Shown: positions 1-12,002 of the stretch, piece after piece
Layout: the number at the start of each line of letters is the position of its first letter
Position numbering within the stretch: position 1 is the first letter of the stretch
Source: Priapulus caudatus
Taxonomy: Eukaryota
Direction of reading: 5' to 3'
Length of the DNA: 41,722 bases
Assembly (NCBI RefSeq): GCF_000485595.1
Contig: NW_014577086.1
Location: forward strand, 669,581-711,302
Program-made: the position numbers and the translations under genes
Notes under the pieces: model-generated
Seen by the model: the letters and a program-made list of their open reading frames with translations, nothing else
What the model was told of the DNA's origin: nothing
Databases searched by the model: none

Positions 1-305
1 ACGTACACGTGCGTGCGTGCGTGTGCACGTACACGTTCGTGCGTTTGAGTGCACGTACACGTGCGTGCGTGCGTGTGCACGTACACGTGCGTGCGTATAC
101 ATGTGCGTGCGTGCGTACGTGCGTGTGTGTGCAAGTACACGTGCATGCATGTGCACGTAGACGCGCGTGCGTGCGCACGTACACGTGTGTGCATGCGTGC
201 GTGCGTGCGTGTGCACGTACACGTGCGTGCATAAGTGTGTGCGTGCGTGTGCACGTACACGTGCGTGCGTGCGTGTGTACGTACACGTGCGTGCGTGCGT
301 GTGCT
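1..305. repeat. Alternating purine-pyrimidine minisatellite, unit approx. GTGCACGTACACGTGCGTGCGTGCGT
   Basis: GTGCACGTACAC cores recur, separated by (GTGC)n. The overlapping ORFs are V/C/R/A/H low-complexity translations. Confidence 0.95.
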
Positions 306-768
306 TGTATCGAACAATATGACGCATTTGCTTGCTGCCAACCGTTAAACTGCGCATGTGCGCATATGACGTCATTGTTTATCTACATGAAACACTCCTA
401 TTACTTATGGTAGGGCCTACGTCATGCTACTTTAGTTGTGTTTTGTTATGTTCACGTTAGCATTCATCACAAGTCTAAGAATTGTACAATTATAACCTTT
501 ATTACACTACTATTTGTACCATGCTAATTATGTCCCATGAACTTTGTCTTTCTTGTTTCCATCCAAACAATAACATGTTATTTATAGGGGATAGTGTCCG
601 ATATTCCTATAATATGCTTTCCTTGCACATCCTCATGGTGAAATACATTATAATTTATGTATGATTCGTAATTAACAGCTTTACTTATGTTATGCTTCCT
701 TAATATGTTATGCTTCTAATGTTACACTTCCTTATGTTACGTTACGTTTCCTAATTGTGCTAACCCTT

Positions 769-3481
769 TAGTCAGGTGGCTTATTTTATTAGGTCCAGAT
801 TTGAGAAGGATGGGGACATTCCGGATAAAAGCACCAAACCTTTTCCATGTAGGCTATCCATTGTCTTAGCTTTCAATTTTTGATAGGGGCTACATCACCA
901 AGATAGAGGAAGGCGGCCATCTTGGATTCCAATATGGCCGCTATGTAAAAACCTGTAAATGCCAATATCTTGGCTTCTAGGCCACTTAGGAGGGCAAAGT
1001 TGGTGTCTAGACACATATTTTCTGCACTAACCCAGACAGGTATTGCATCCTCTGGCACATCAGACTCATTCCTTCGAGCAACCCACCTCACCGGAACATG
1101 ACATGGGATAGAAGTCAGATCTGCTGAAGCGGCTACCCCAGACGACACAGACTGAGCCTCCTATTACCTTTAATGTTAAAGTACTTGATGGTGCTGCTGT
1201 GGTGCACTTTCTGCCTACCACCAATATCACCACATTTGATGAATATGCCAGTAATGTCTTTGTTCTCCACATCATGAAGTACTTGGGGACCTCCAAAAAA
1301 GTTGATGTAGTCTGGGATACTTATATCACTATAGTAGCGTCAACGAATAAACAATTAAGAGAGAAAAGAGGGAAAGGCGTTTGACGAAAGATGGCTAGCT
1401 AGAACTAGATCCCAAAGAACTAGTTGGATTTTCTACGTAACCCTTGAATTAGCAAGAACTCTTCACATTTCTCTCCAGCAAGGTTTCATCCATTGCCTGT
1501 ATTTATTACATTTGGTGTCACAGTTGCCAGTTCAGCCATCAACCACCAAATGCCATCATGTACACATAAAGAAGCGAATACCAGCATCTAGCTGATTCAT
1601 CTGCAAGATGCCTTGGAGCATGGCTCTACCATTTGTTCGAGCTGTGGATACGGATGTGGTTGTCATCCATATTGGCCAATTCCATGATCTGATAACTGAA
1701 TATCCAGCTGCAGACATTTGGGTTGCTTTTGATACTCACGACAGCTATGCATATCTTCATATCAATTCTATCTGCCATCACCTGGGCAAAGACAAGTCCA
1801 AAGCACTTCCTGTGTTCCACTGGTATATAGGCTGTGACACAACTCCAGCATTCTGTGGGAAGGGAAAGAAGTTGGCATGTGAATCCTGGAATTCTTACCC
1901 AGTGCATGGTCACCCAGGCCTTCAACTACATGGCTGCCCATCCACATGCTCGAATGACCATAGACGGCCAACACTTCAATCATCTGGAGCGCTTTACAGT
2001 AATCCTCTATGACAAAACAAGTGGTCTTGAATCTATCAATGATGCAAGGAGGGGGTTGTTCTGCAAAAAGAACAGGTCGATGGAAAACATTCCGCCTTCC
2101 CAGGACTCCCTGCTGCAGCACTCCAAAACGAGTCGCCTACCAGGCTGCATGGGATCTAGACAACAAGTAAACTGGACCAACAACAGACACCTAGTCTAGA
2201 GTGATGTGGGTGGACACTTGACAAAAACAGTCAGTCCTGGCTTCCTATGTACGTGGGGCTTACTGCCAATGGCGTCTAAAGCTTGCAATCAACTGGTCAA
2301 ATGTGGATGCAAGAACACAAGTGGTTGTGGTCCAAGGTGTTCCTGCAAGAAAGCACACTAGAAGTGCACATAGATTTGTAGTTGCAAATGTGAAAAAGAA
2401 TTTAGTTACTAGTAGCTGTAGTATATTATTTAAAACATCCTGTTATTATAATAGTGATGTAAGACTATAAATTGGTCAATGTTTTACATTTAGCTTTTTG
2501 ATGATATAGGCCTAGATTACATTCTGTCTGGTTATTATAGTGGAATATAAATTACAAAATCTTGCAACTAATTTGGTGCGCAGTATTAGATTTCTGGTAT
2601 GATGTGTACCGAGCTCACCAATACAGTGCAACATGGTTCAAACTTGTTTTAAGCATATGGATAAAAACTTTGGAGTATCCAGTTTTTAAAGGAGCAACGA
2701 ACTATCATGTAAATGAAGTATGTGCAACTAAGTAGATGAGTACTACTAGTCTATTGGCAATGTAGTAATGTAGTATTGGAGTACCATATATTGACTAAGG
2801 ATTACCATAATATAAGGATTGTTTTCGTCTTTTATGTCATCTTATGTCTCTTTACAAGAATATGTGTATATATAATAAACTACTTACAGCATTAAATCAT
2901 GTTTCGCTAAATCAGTAAATAACCATTAACAATACTATATAGTGTCCTCTGCTTCTTGTAAACACTGACTTCCAATAAGTAAATCATTTATTGATATTCT
3001 AAATCGTACAATTGCATTCCTTGAACCAGAAAATGTATGCTTAGACACCAAGATTGCCCTCCGAAGTGGCCAATTATATGAGTATGTGCAACTAAGTAGA
3101 TGAGTAGGCCCTACTATATATTGGCCAGTTCCAGTTTTTGCAATAATTCATATTTACAGTTCATTTCTTGACAAGAGCTCACCAATATATATACAAATAT
3201 TTATCTCTTGATATTCTAAATGATATAATTGCATTCCTCACCCCAGAAAATGTATGTTTATAGACACCAAGTTTGCCCTCCTAAGTGGCCTAGAAGCCAA
3301 GATATTGGCATTTACAGGTTTTTACATAACGGCCATCTTGGAATTCAAAATAGCCGCCTTCCTCTATCTTGGTGAAGTGGCTTCTATCAAAAATTTAAAG
3401 CTAAGGTAATGGATAGCATATGGAAAAAGTTTGGTGCTTTTATCGGAAATGTCCCCATTATTTTGTTTAGCCACCTGACTA
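769..3481 (+). mobile_element. Academ (AcademX-type) DNA transposon, internally deleted, non-autonomous
   Basis: Ends are TAGTCAGGTGGCT (769) and AGCCACCTGACTA (to 3481). Long imperfect TIRs at 769-1024 and 3244-3481. Both flanks carry CTT (766-768, 3482-3484). TAG..CTA termini, a 3-bp TSD and internal XPG-like plus CXC coding remnants match Academ. Confidence 0.9.
1021..2412 (+). pseudogene. Degraded Academ transposase: short fragment fused to XPG/FEN1-like nuclease and C-terminal CXC region
   Basis: Across frameshifts and stops it reads SALTQTGIASSGTSDSFLRATHLTGT*H, KSDLLKRL..VKVLDGAAVVHFL..VDVVWDTY, HKEANT, VRAVDTDVVVI, LPVFHWYIGCDTTPAFCGKGKK (H3TH-like), INDARRGLFCKKNRSMENIPPSQDSLLQH and LVKCGCKNTSGCGPRCSCKKAH*KCT*ICSCKC. 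Confidence 0.88.
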
Positions 3482-5058
3482 CTTGCATTCCTCCCGTTTA
3501 TCTCTACTGAACATTGTACAATTTATCTATTTATTAAACTACTATTTCATGCTATGACAATTATGCGGTTATATAAGAAACCATTTTACTACTACCGTAT
3601 TCATTGAAGTAGCATTTCTTATTTCCACCCCATAACATGTTCTTCAGCTCTTGCATACTCTCATGGTTAACGTGCGCTAGAATGCCGTGCTAATGCATGA
3701 TAGCCTCATATCATGGGTATGGTACTTTACGTTTCCTTCCGTTTCCTTCCGTTTAAATAACGTTGCGCAATTAGTTTTCACTGCAGTAGTCTGCAGTCAC
3801 ATTATGCTCTTCATGATATTCTTTTAAAACTCATTACTCTACTACTGAAGTATTTAAGTAGCACTCACTATTCCCTACTTGCTTCTGAAACATAAACACA
3901 TAATATGTTGGTCACGAAAGCAACCCAGGCAACCCTGAATCCCCACTATAGTCTTATATATTTTCAAAGACAGCTGATTAATCGATTTAGTTCCAGTTTT
4001 AGCACATTCACGACGAATTCCGGTCTCGTTGCCTGATGCACGTTCAAAAATAAGTTGCGACTAAGAGGTGGTGAATCTGATCGGCTTATTGAGTATAGAA
4101 AAGCGAATCAGCGGATGGCTTACGCCAATCCATAAATTTGTGGAAAATGGGGGGGGGGGATAAAACAAAGTAGAGTGGACGGTAGGTGACGGTAAACACA
4201 CGTCGGCGACGTAGACTAGCCGAGTCTAATTGGCACAATCAACGACGATGCTATACCGTCGGCGAAAAACGCCAAACACATTTTTGCCGACAGACTATAT
4301 CTCTTCTCGCGAGCGCGCGAAGCACTTGGCGCCCGCAAGAGGAAGTCTAGCTAACATGCCGGAAAGCGAATACTGTAAATGGGTAGACGCTCGTAGAATA
4401 GACGCTCGTCTTTTTACCCTGATTGCGGCGCCGACGCGCGACGCTTGGCTGGCAGGTGTGAGCAGTCGCTCGGTGCTTGCCGGTCGCAGCTGCGCGCTGC
4501 GGCGCACGGACAATTCGAGCAGCTACGCATCCCGCGCAGGCACGACAGCGATCGGCTGAGTGAGCGTGCTGCTTAATACCTCGCTCACAGTACTCTGTCA
4601 ATCGAACAAAGCGGACAGAGACAGGAAGACCGAGAGGGTGAACTCCGCTGCCGCCGCCGCTGCTGTTGTTGTCGCTGCTGCCGCTGCTGCTGCTGCCGCA
4701 CATCGGGTAGAACAATAAATAGGAATCTGTATCTTTAATCGAACGACCGCACGCGCGTGCCCTACCGAGCTTACTATTGCTCGCTGGTCTGCTTACTGCG
4801 GCCGTAAATAATAGATCGTGAGTAAATCATAGACAAGGAGATGTGCCTGCTGGTACTGCGGTAACGCCGGCTCGGGTGACACACTGAGAGAGACACTTTT
4901 GTAACTGGAAAGGAGCTCGTTGAATGACGTCGCATCGACACGGTGAGTGTGACTGTGAGCTCGCTGTCTTGCTTCCCCGCACGTGACCTCCTGCTTCGCT
5001 TCGGGCGCCCTTCATACCCCACTCAGATACGTAAGCACGTATAAGCATACATTCCTGC

Positions 5059-5623
5059 TACATACACACGCACACGCACACGCACACGCACACGCAAACG
5101 CAAACGCACACGTACAAGCACACGCACACGCACACGCACACGCACACGCACACGCACACAACTGACGACACCAAGGTGCACTCACACACACAACACACCC
5201 AGGCCAGAAGCGACGACCGGGCAGGTAGACGAAGCGGCCACGCATCCAGCGAGTGGGACCACGAGGCAGCCTGCACACACACCACACACACACACACACA
5301 CACACGTACAACACACACCACACCCACACACAATATCAAACACACACACCAACCAGCACACACGCAAGCACGCAAACGCACCACCAGCACACACACGCAC
5401 ACACACACACACACAACACACGCACACCCACACACACACGCGCGCGCACACACGCACACGCACATGCACACGCCCCCCACACACCGACACGCACACACAC
5501 GTACACACACACACACACACACACACGTACACACATACACCACACACGTACACACACACACACGCACACACCACATGACAGACTCACGTACTCACGCACG
5601 GCACGCAACGCACGCACGCCGAC

Positions 5624-5655
<32 letters not shown>

Positions 5656-5673
5656 CACACACGGCGTATAGTA

Positions 5674-5711
<38 letters not shown>

Positions 5712-5853
5712 GTGTGTGCGTGTGTGTGTGCGTGCGTGCGCGTGTATGTGCGTGTGTGCGTGGGTGTGCATGGGTGTGTGGGTGTGCGTGGGTGTGTGGG
5801 TGTGCGTGGGTGTGTGGGGTGTGGGTGTGCGTGGTGTGTGCGTGTGCGTGTGC
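5059..5853. repeat. Compound (CA/CACG)n-(TA)n-(TG/GTGG)n microsatellite
   Basis: Directly visible; a CA-rich tract and a TG-rich tract flank a (TA)n core at about 5680-5710. Confidence 0.95.
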
Positions 5854-8404
5854 GTCGCCATAATCTGGAGCGTATAGTCTTTCGCGTCTCATGAGCGGAA
5901 CCACGCAAGTGCGTGTGACGGATGATTGCGTAGCTAAATCCATAAAAGAAATGTGGTGCACGGCGGGACAGCATGCATTTACTGTAATGGAAACGGGGTC
6001 ACGTGAGTAGATTCAGCAGAAGAACACTGCATCTTTGTCTCGCGTTGGTCGTCTGTTAGTTCGATTGATAGCTAGCAGGCGAGAGAAATCATTGTTCACA
6101 TTTAGTTGCGCGTCTGGTGTAGTTGTTGTGTTTGCAAGTCACGTCGTCTAGACCCGTTAGTTGGTTAGTGCGTTATAACTTCGCGCTCCGGGTTATTAAT
6201 CCATGGAGTTAATTAATGATAGTAATTAAGCAACGCAACGGATCCTTAGCGCCGCATGAATTAGCCTGGGTATACTGTTGCGGTGGGGTTCGTGGGGAGT
6301 CGGTCTCTGATCGCGATGAACGAGTGCTTGAGGGGTGGCGCGCGTCTTCGTCTTTGTCGCGCGTTATGTATTTAGTTTATCTGCATGTACAACCTTAGTC
6401 TCGACGAATTCTTAATATCAGCCATTGATATTTCATTTAGCACAAAACCGTTATAATTGCCCCTCGTGATGTATCTCGAATGGCGTCTCTCAGCTGTGTG
6501 CTTAATATTGTGGATTAGGAAGCGTTCTCGTTTAAAAACCAACGATTAAAACATCGATAAATAAACGTTGCAGATTGGTTCTAGAATGGAAATATCGGAG
6601 AGGAAATGGTAAAGATGAATAAGGACTATTGCATAATAATTAAAGATAATAAATTATTATAAGAGATAAGGTTACAAAATCGGTCATGATTTATTATTGC
6701 TCCTTCATATACAATAATAAGTCATTCCGCTATAGAATTTTCCATAATATCTAGCATTAAACGCGTGACTTACAATTGAACCTCATCCTCGCTCTACATT
6801 TATGACACGTGCAATTGCACATCGAGATCGAATTGTGTTTATTCCAAGGCGTTTTTCAAGTAGGTATAATTAGTGGGGCCGAATGTTATAAACTACTGTT
6901 AGCGCACGACGACTTTCTTTTATCCGCGCCAATGAGGTGTCATATAACTATTGCCCTAATAGCAAATTCGATTGGTTTTCCGCTGAGTCTTGACGGTTGG
7001 GATCTTATCAGCCTAATGGTGGGAGGCTGTTTACCTATTTTAGTAAATTTTTCTATACAATTCAGATATATAGTCTTCTAACTGTCACCTGTAGTTCAAT
7101 TAATCACATGTAGTTCATTCCGAGTTTTAACCAAGAATACGGACTCTCGCATCTACGTAATTTTCACTTAAAATTTTTGCACTTTTTGCATTTCCTTCCA
7201 TCAACTTCGATACAAGATACGAACTTACAAATCGCTGGTTGCTTAACGACCTAAGTAACTTACAGTGCCTTTGATAATATCTAGATAGAAATAGACTTTT
7301 TGGTCATCATTGTTGACGGTAAATCTTCCTGCTCTTCTTCATTTTTCTTTTTTTTCTTATTTCTTGCTCATCTTTCGTACGTTTTAACGCGTAATACGAA
7401 GGAGTAAAAGCGATACGCGCTGAAATAAATGCATTTCAACTCGTTTGGAATACTCTGTCACCGAAAGTCGATCGTTCACTCTCCGTTCACTATCGTTTTG
7501 CCGTATAAACCTTTCTCCACTGAGCGGCCCACCGCCGATAAAGTAATTCAAGTATATCATGCACTTTTATCTCGTGATCTTTGTCGAGTGGGAATAGCTG
7601 TCTGCCAAACGTTGCCTTCGCCATTTTTGAAAAGGTGATGCGGTAACTTCACCGAATTTTTTGAAACTATCGCGGTACAGTGGTTCGGTATATTATAATT
7701 ATATTAATATATATATATATAATATAGATATGCGGCAAACTTGTATGGAAATTCCTGCTATAGTTCGTTAGTACTAGATCGGTTCGATTTAGTTCCAAAG
7801 GTCGAAGGAAGGTTATCCAATGCACTGCTGATAAGGCCCATGGCACAAGGCCTGCTGCTCACAGGAGCAAGACCTCAAATTAAGGGATATGTGTTCCGTC
7901 CCTTATATAATTTATGTCCACGTACATTCGAAGTTACTAATTTGCATAGCAATATTTAGGCAGTATTATTTATTATTATTCCTATTCACACAAGTCGCCC
8001 TATTTACTTACGAAATTCTCAGTCGCTAAGCGTTTCAACTGCGTCGACCGCCATTGCTACCTTCAGGAGCGTGTAGAGCTGACGCATATGTAACTAAACG
8101 ACCTACGTCAAACAGTAAGACGGTAAACAGTAAAATTTGGTACTAGTGATATATGACGAATCGTAATATAAATGACGTAGACCGGTGATCGGCGTAGACG
8201 CTTTTTTATTTATAAGCGATTCTGATATGATGACTTGGGCGAGGCCTGGGCAGTTCCGAGCAAAAACACTAATCGGCACCGTACGTAATAAAGTATATGT
8301 TAGCACCATTTCCAGTGAATAGAAAGAATGTCACTCGGATATCTTTGGGGAATTACTAGTTGATGACTGTGTAATTGTGACATTATATATATATACTTTA
8401 GTTA

Positions 8405-8700
8405 TTACACTGTCCATCACAGACGGGTTGTGTGGGTGGGTTTGATGAGGAGGCGGTGTTTAAGCCATTTATCTCTCCACTTTAGCTTGAGGATGTATTT
8501 ACAGTTATAATTGTAGACTCGAGTCATGTCATGATATCTAAATATTTGTTTTAAAAAAAATCTAAAATAATAAAATCTGAAGTTTTAACGTTAAAATTAC
8601 ATACAATTTTTCCCAAAAAAAGGAAATGGGGTTGCATTATCAAGTCAATTTCAAACTTATTTTAGAATATTATTTTTTGAAGATATTATTCTGGATTAGA
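8405..8700 (+). repeat. Dispersed repeat, noisy copy (other copies at ~14270-14449 and ~20965-21420)
   Basis: Shared backbone AGACGGGTT..CCATTTATCT..CACTTT(T)AG..TTGAGGATGTATTTACAG..GACTCGAGTCAT..GGAAATGGGGT. Confidence 0.8.
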
Positions 8701-8819
8701 AGCATTATATAATAAGTTCCAAAATGCTTAAAAAAAAAGCAAAATGCATGAGTAGTTTTGAAGATATATGTATCTTTAAAGTCAGTGACGGCGGGCGGGC
8801 AGGCGCGACCATATTAACT

Positions 8820-9897
8820 ACACACACGGGCGCGCAACACAACATACACGCACACGCACACGCACATGCACACGACACACAAGCATCATAATCATACGCG
8901 ATACATACATACATACACTACAATACATTACACAACACACGAACAGCAACACGCACACGGCACGACGCCCACGCACACGCACAGCACAGCGCACGACGCA
9001 CAGGCACACTGCACACGCCACACGCACACACGCACACACGCACGCTACAGCACAGCACCACAACACACACACACACAGCTACACACACACACACACACAC
9101 CACACACACACACATACACATACACACCATTACAACTGGCAGCCGTATCTCGTTGGGTTTGCACTTAATTTTGTCTCACAGCTGGTGCGCGGCAGTGATG
9201 TTGGCTGTTTATACACCGCAGCGCAATGTCTTTGGTGTGTGCGTGTGTGCCGCTGCCGGTGTGCGTGCGGTGCGTTCGTGCGTGCGATAGTGTTGCGTTG
9301 CTATGCTAGGTGAAGGCCTCGACCTAATTAAATGCGTTGATTATTATACCTATTAATCTACATAATTTTAGTATGTAATTATATATTCATTAAAACCCCA
9401 TGAGAAACACATTAAAGTTTAACACAATGTTCAAGGTTATGGTATATATAGTAGGTGTGTGTGTGCTCTAGACAATCCGAAACGGCGTCTCTAAAAAAGT
9501 CGAGCATTGGGAGCCGGGGTAGCGCGGGCACGGTTACAACCTCCGTTGTCAATATATTGCACACACGCGGCGCATCGCCTACGCACACAGACTCCCCGCG
9601 TTTCAACAATACTGGGCATCGCCAACGCCAATCACACGCGCACCCACGCACACACATACACATTTACACACAGCACGGGCGCGCACACACATATACGCAC
9701 ACGCACACGCACTACGCACATCCGCCGCACACGCACCGCACGAACGCAGCACGCCACGCACGACGCACCACGCACACGCACACGCACACGCAAGCACGCA
9801 CACGAGCGCACACGGCAGCCGGCACAGCCACACACTACACACCACACACACACACACACACACACACACCACACACCACACACACAACACACATACA
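8820..9897. repeat. CA/CACG-rich microsatellite tracts (8820-9127 and 9630-9897) with noisy spacer
   Basis: Visible low-complexity sequence; both tracts contain ACGGGCGCGCA. Confidence 0.85.
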
Positions 9898-10543
9898 ACC
9901 AAAGTTAGTGTAGCCCACAGAAATAGAAAGAAGTAGAACGCTCATATCATATGCTCATACCAGGCGCGCAGCGGCGCCAGTTTCTGACAACTGTCACGTG
10001 ACCAGCGCCATATTGGTGCAGTAACCCTGCATTAGCGCATCACTAGTAAAGCTTGACCTATCAGTAGCCTCTAGGATTTTACTGGCATACAACTGTACTT
10101 ACTTGTATAACAAATCGTCTATACCCACACGTATTTGTTACCAGATACCTAATTTAATTGTTATAATTAATTATCAACGCACGAATGTGAACCGCGCCAT
10201 GATGGTTTTGCCGGCAACTTATCAGATCGTGCGCTTTGAGTGCGCCATCCGTCGTTGTAATCAAACTGTAGTCGTTGTAGTTTAAAACATTAAAAAAATA
10301 TATTTCTAATGGTGATTGAACCCATGTAAACTTTGTGGTATGCTAGCGTAATTATAACCGCTAAATTAACTGAAAATAACCCTAGAACCTAGAGTAAACT
10401 CTCCCTGGTTAACAAATTTTAATACTAAATGCAAAGAAAATATGATAAGAAAGTAGTAGTTGAATGCCAAAGTACCCGGCGTTAATGACAGTTAGTTCTA
10501 ATTACAGAAAAACTTGCATGGATGCGTTTTCCTATAGATTTTA
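9898..10543 (+). mobile_element. Dispersed repeat, probable DNA transposon end (inverted copy at 20413-20699)
   Basis: 9898-10058 matches the reverse complement of 20552-20699, and 10411-10543 matches the reverse complement of 20413-20545. Confidence 0.7.
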
Positions 10544-10924
10544 AACACTGCATGCTTTCTTACAGAGGTAAAATTAAAATTGACAACTGCTACTGAATGG
10601 ATTGTTGCACATGCTGGAACTGAAATAAAAGTTGCACTTAACTATCTACATTGGCAAGAAAATAAGACAAGATTTTATGTAGCTAGGTTCGCACTTCAGC
10701 TTCCCCAGGCTTAACTAGGAACCAATTTAATTATGCTTCTAAGATAAATACAATACATTGTAGAGCGAAGAAAAAGTAATTTCTGTATAATTCCATTCAT
10801 TCACAATATTTTACGGCTTGTAACTGTCGCAACTTAGGTTCCTTATTCTATTCTATTATTTGGTATTTCAAAACATAGGCACAATCAGATCTTTTTTATT
10901 GCGAGCAAATATATATACTGTATG

Positions 10925-10986
10925 TAGCTCTAGAACTATAGCCCTCCTTTCCGCCGCAAGAGCGGAGGGCTATAGTTCCAGAGCTA
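10925..10986. mobile_element. 62-bp AcademH-like miniature element with 9-bp TSD
   Basis: 23-bp TIRs TAGCTCTAGAACTATAGCCCTCC / GGAGGGCTATAGTTCCAGAGCTA (1 mismatch), flanked by TACTGTATG at 10916-10924 and 10987-10995. A noisy duplicate lies at ~16085-16150. Confidence 0.8.
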
Positions 10987-11179
10987 TACTGTATGTAACA
11001 GCAATTAAAAATCAAACAATTCAAAGTTTTCTAAGCTGCGCTACTTCTAACTAATTGAATTGCTAGTCAATGATAATACATCATGTATATCATTTGCATA
11101 GCAAAATGGATAATTAAAATTAAATACGTACACACAAACAACGGAATAAAAAAAAAACTTGTTCATGACACGCCTTATA

Positions 11180-11240
11180 CAGGTACAACGCCGATTTTCC
11201 GGACACTGATGCTCCGGAACCTCTTTTAATCCGGATAAAA
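11180..11240 (+). mobile_element. Possible pogo/Tigger-like TIR remnant
   Basis: TA|CAGGTACAACGCCGATTTTCCGGACACTGATGCTCCGGAAC...TAATCCGGA resembles a Tc1/pogo MITE end. No partner end was found. Confidence 0.35.
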
Positions 11241-11267
11241 TGCTTTTGAAATTATTTGACGTAGCAG

Positions 11268-11670
11268 TGTACGTCGCCGTGTCGCCACATTGCTGTGTCG
11301 CCATGTGGGTGCGTCGCCACGTCGCCGTGTCGCCATGTGGCGCGCGTCGCCACGTCGCCGTGTCGCCATGTAGGCGCGTCGCCATGTCGCCGTGTCACCA
11401 TGTGGTCGCGTCGCCACGTAGCCGTGTCACCATGTGGGCGCGTCGCCATGTCGCCATGTGGGTGTGTCGCTACATCGCCGTGTCGCCATGTGGGCGCGTC
11501 GCCACATCGCCGTGTCGGATATGTGGGCGTGTCGCCATGTCGCCATGTGGGCGCGTCACCACGTCGCCGTGTCACCATGTGGGCGCGTCGCCGTATCACC
11601 ATGTGGGCGCGTCGCCGCGTCGCCACGTAGCCGTGTCGCCATGTGAGCGCGTCGCCGTATCACCATGTGC
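11268..11670. repeat. GC-rich minisatellite, ~32-bp unit GTCGCCACGTCGCCGTGTCGCCATGTGGGCGC
   Basis: About 12 units built from GTCGCC subrepeats. A noisy duplicate is at ~16435-16853 and the last units recur at 19697-19745. Confidence 0.92.
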
Positions 11671-12002
11671 CTTCATTTCTGTCTATGAACTGTCTGTGAC
11701 ATGACTATGTACAGAGGGGGGGGGGCACTTTTTAGGTCGGGTTCATTATGAATGTGAATATGTGTCATATGCGAATGTGTCATTTATTGAATATGTTGTG
11801 TTGACCATCGTGGGGATGAGGGCAACAGCAAAACTCTTTCTTGGAATTATGAAAAAGTGCAAAAGGGTTGTAACCTCTGCTTTGCTATTCAATTACATAA
11901 TTTAAACCATGCATCATATCATGCATGTATCATGCAGGTCTATTATATTTGTCAATCCACCCCAAAGAGTATCAACTAGTAATTCCCCAAAGATATCCGA
12001 TC

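Noticed and set aside
9..413. ORFs of V/C/H/T/R/A repeats here and at 5012-5974, 8705-9913, 14347-15022, 21497-21894, 22837-23275, 28475-28794 and 40876-41568
   Set aside because: These are translations of CA/TG microsatellites (or N gaps) that are open in several frames on both strands.
1608..2199. Host FEN1/XPG/EXO1 gene
   Set aside because: It has frameshifts and stops, no introns, and lies inside TIRs with a TSD, so it is transposon-encoded.
3172..3210. CAAGAG...CTCTTG as a fifth 7-bp-TSD palindrome
   Set aside because: The flanks TTCTTGA and ATATTCT do not match, the arms are only 6 bp, and it overlaps the Academ subterminal repeat.
6262..6275. TAGCCTGGGTATAC as an AcademH-like left end
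   Set aside because: No inverted partner or TSD was found nearby.
11047..11704. Repetitive proteins (MATRRHGDAPTW..., VAVSPCGR...)
   Set aside because: They arise from a ~32-bp minisatellite whose unit is not a multiple of three; they are open on both strands and not conserved between copies.
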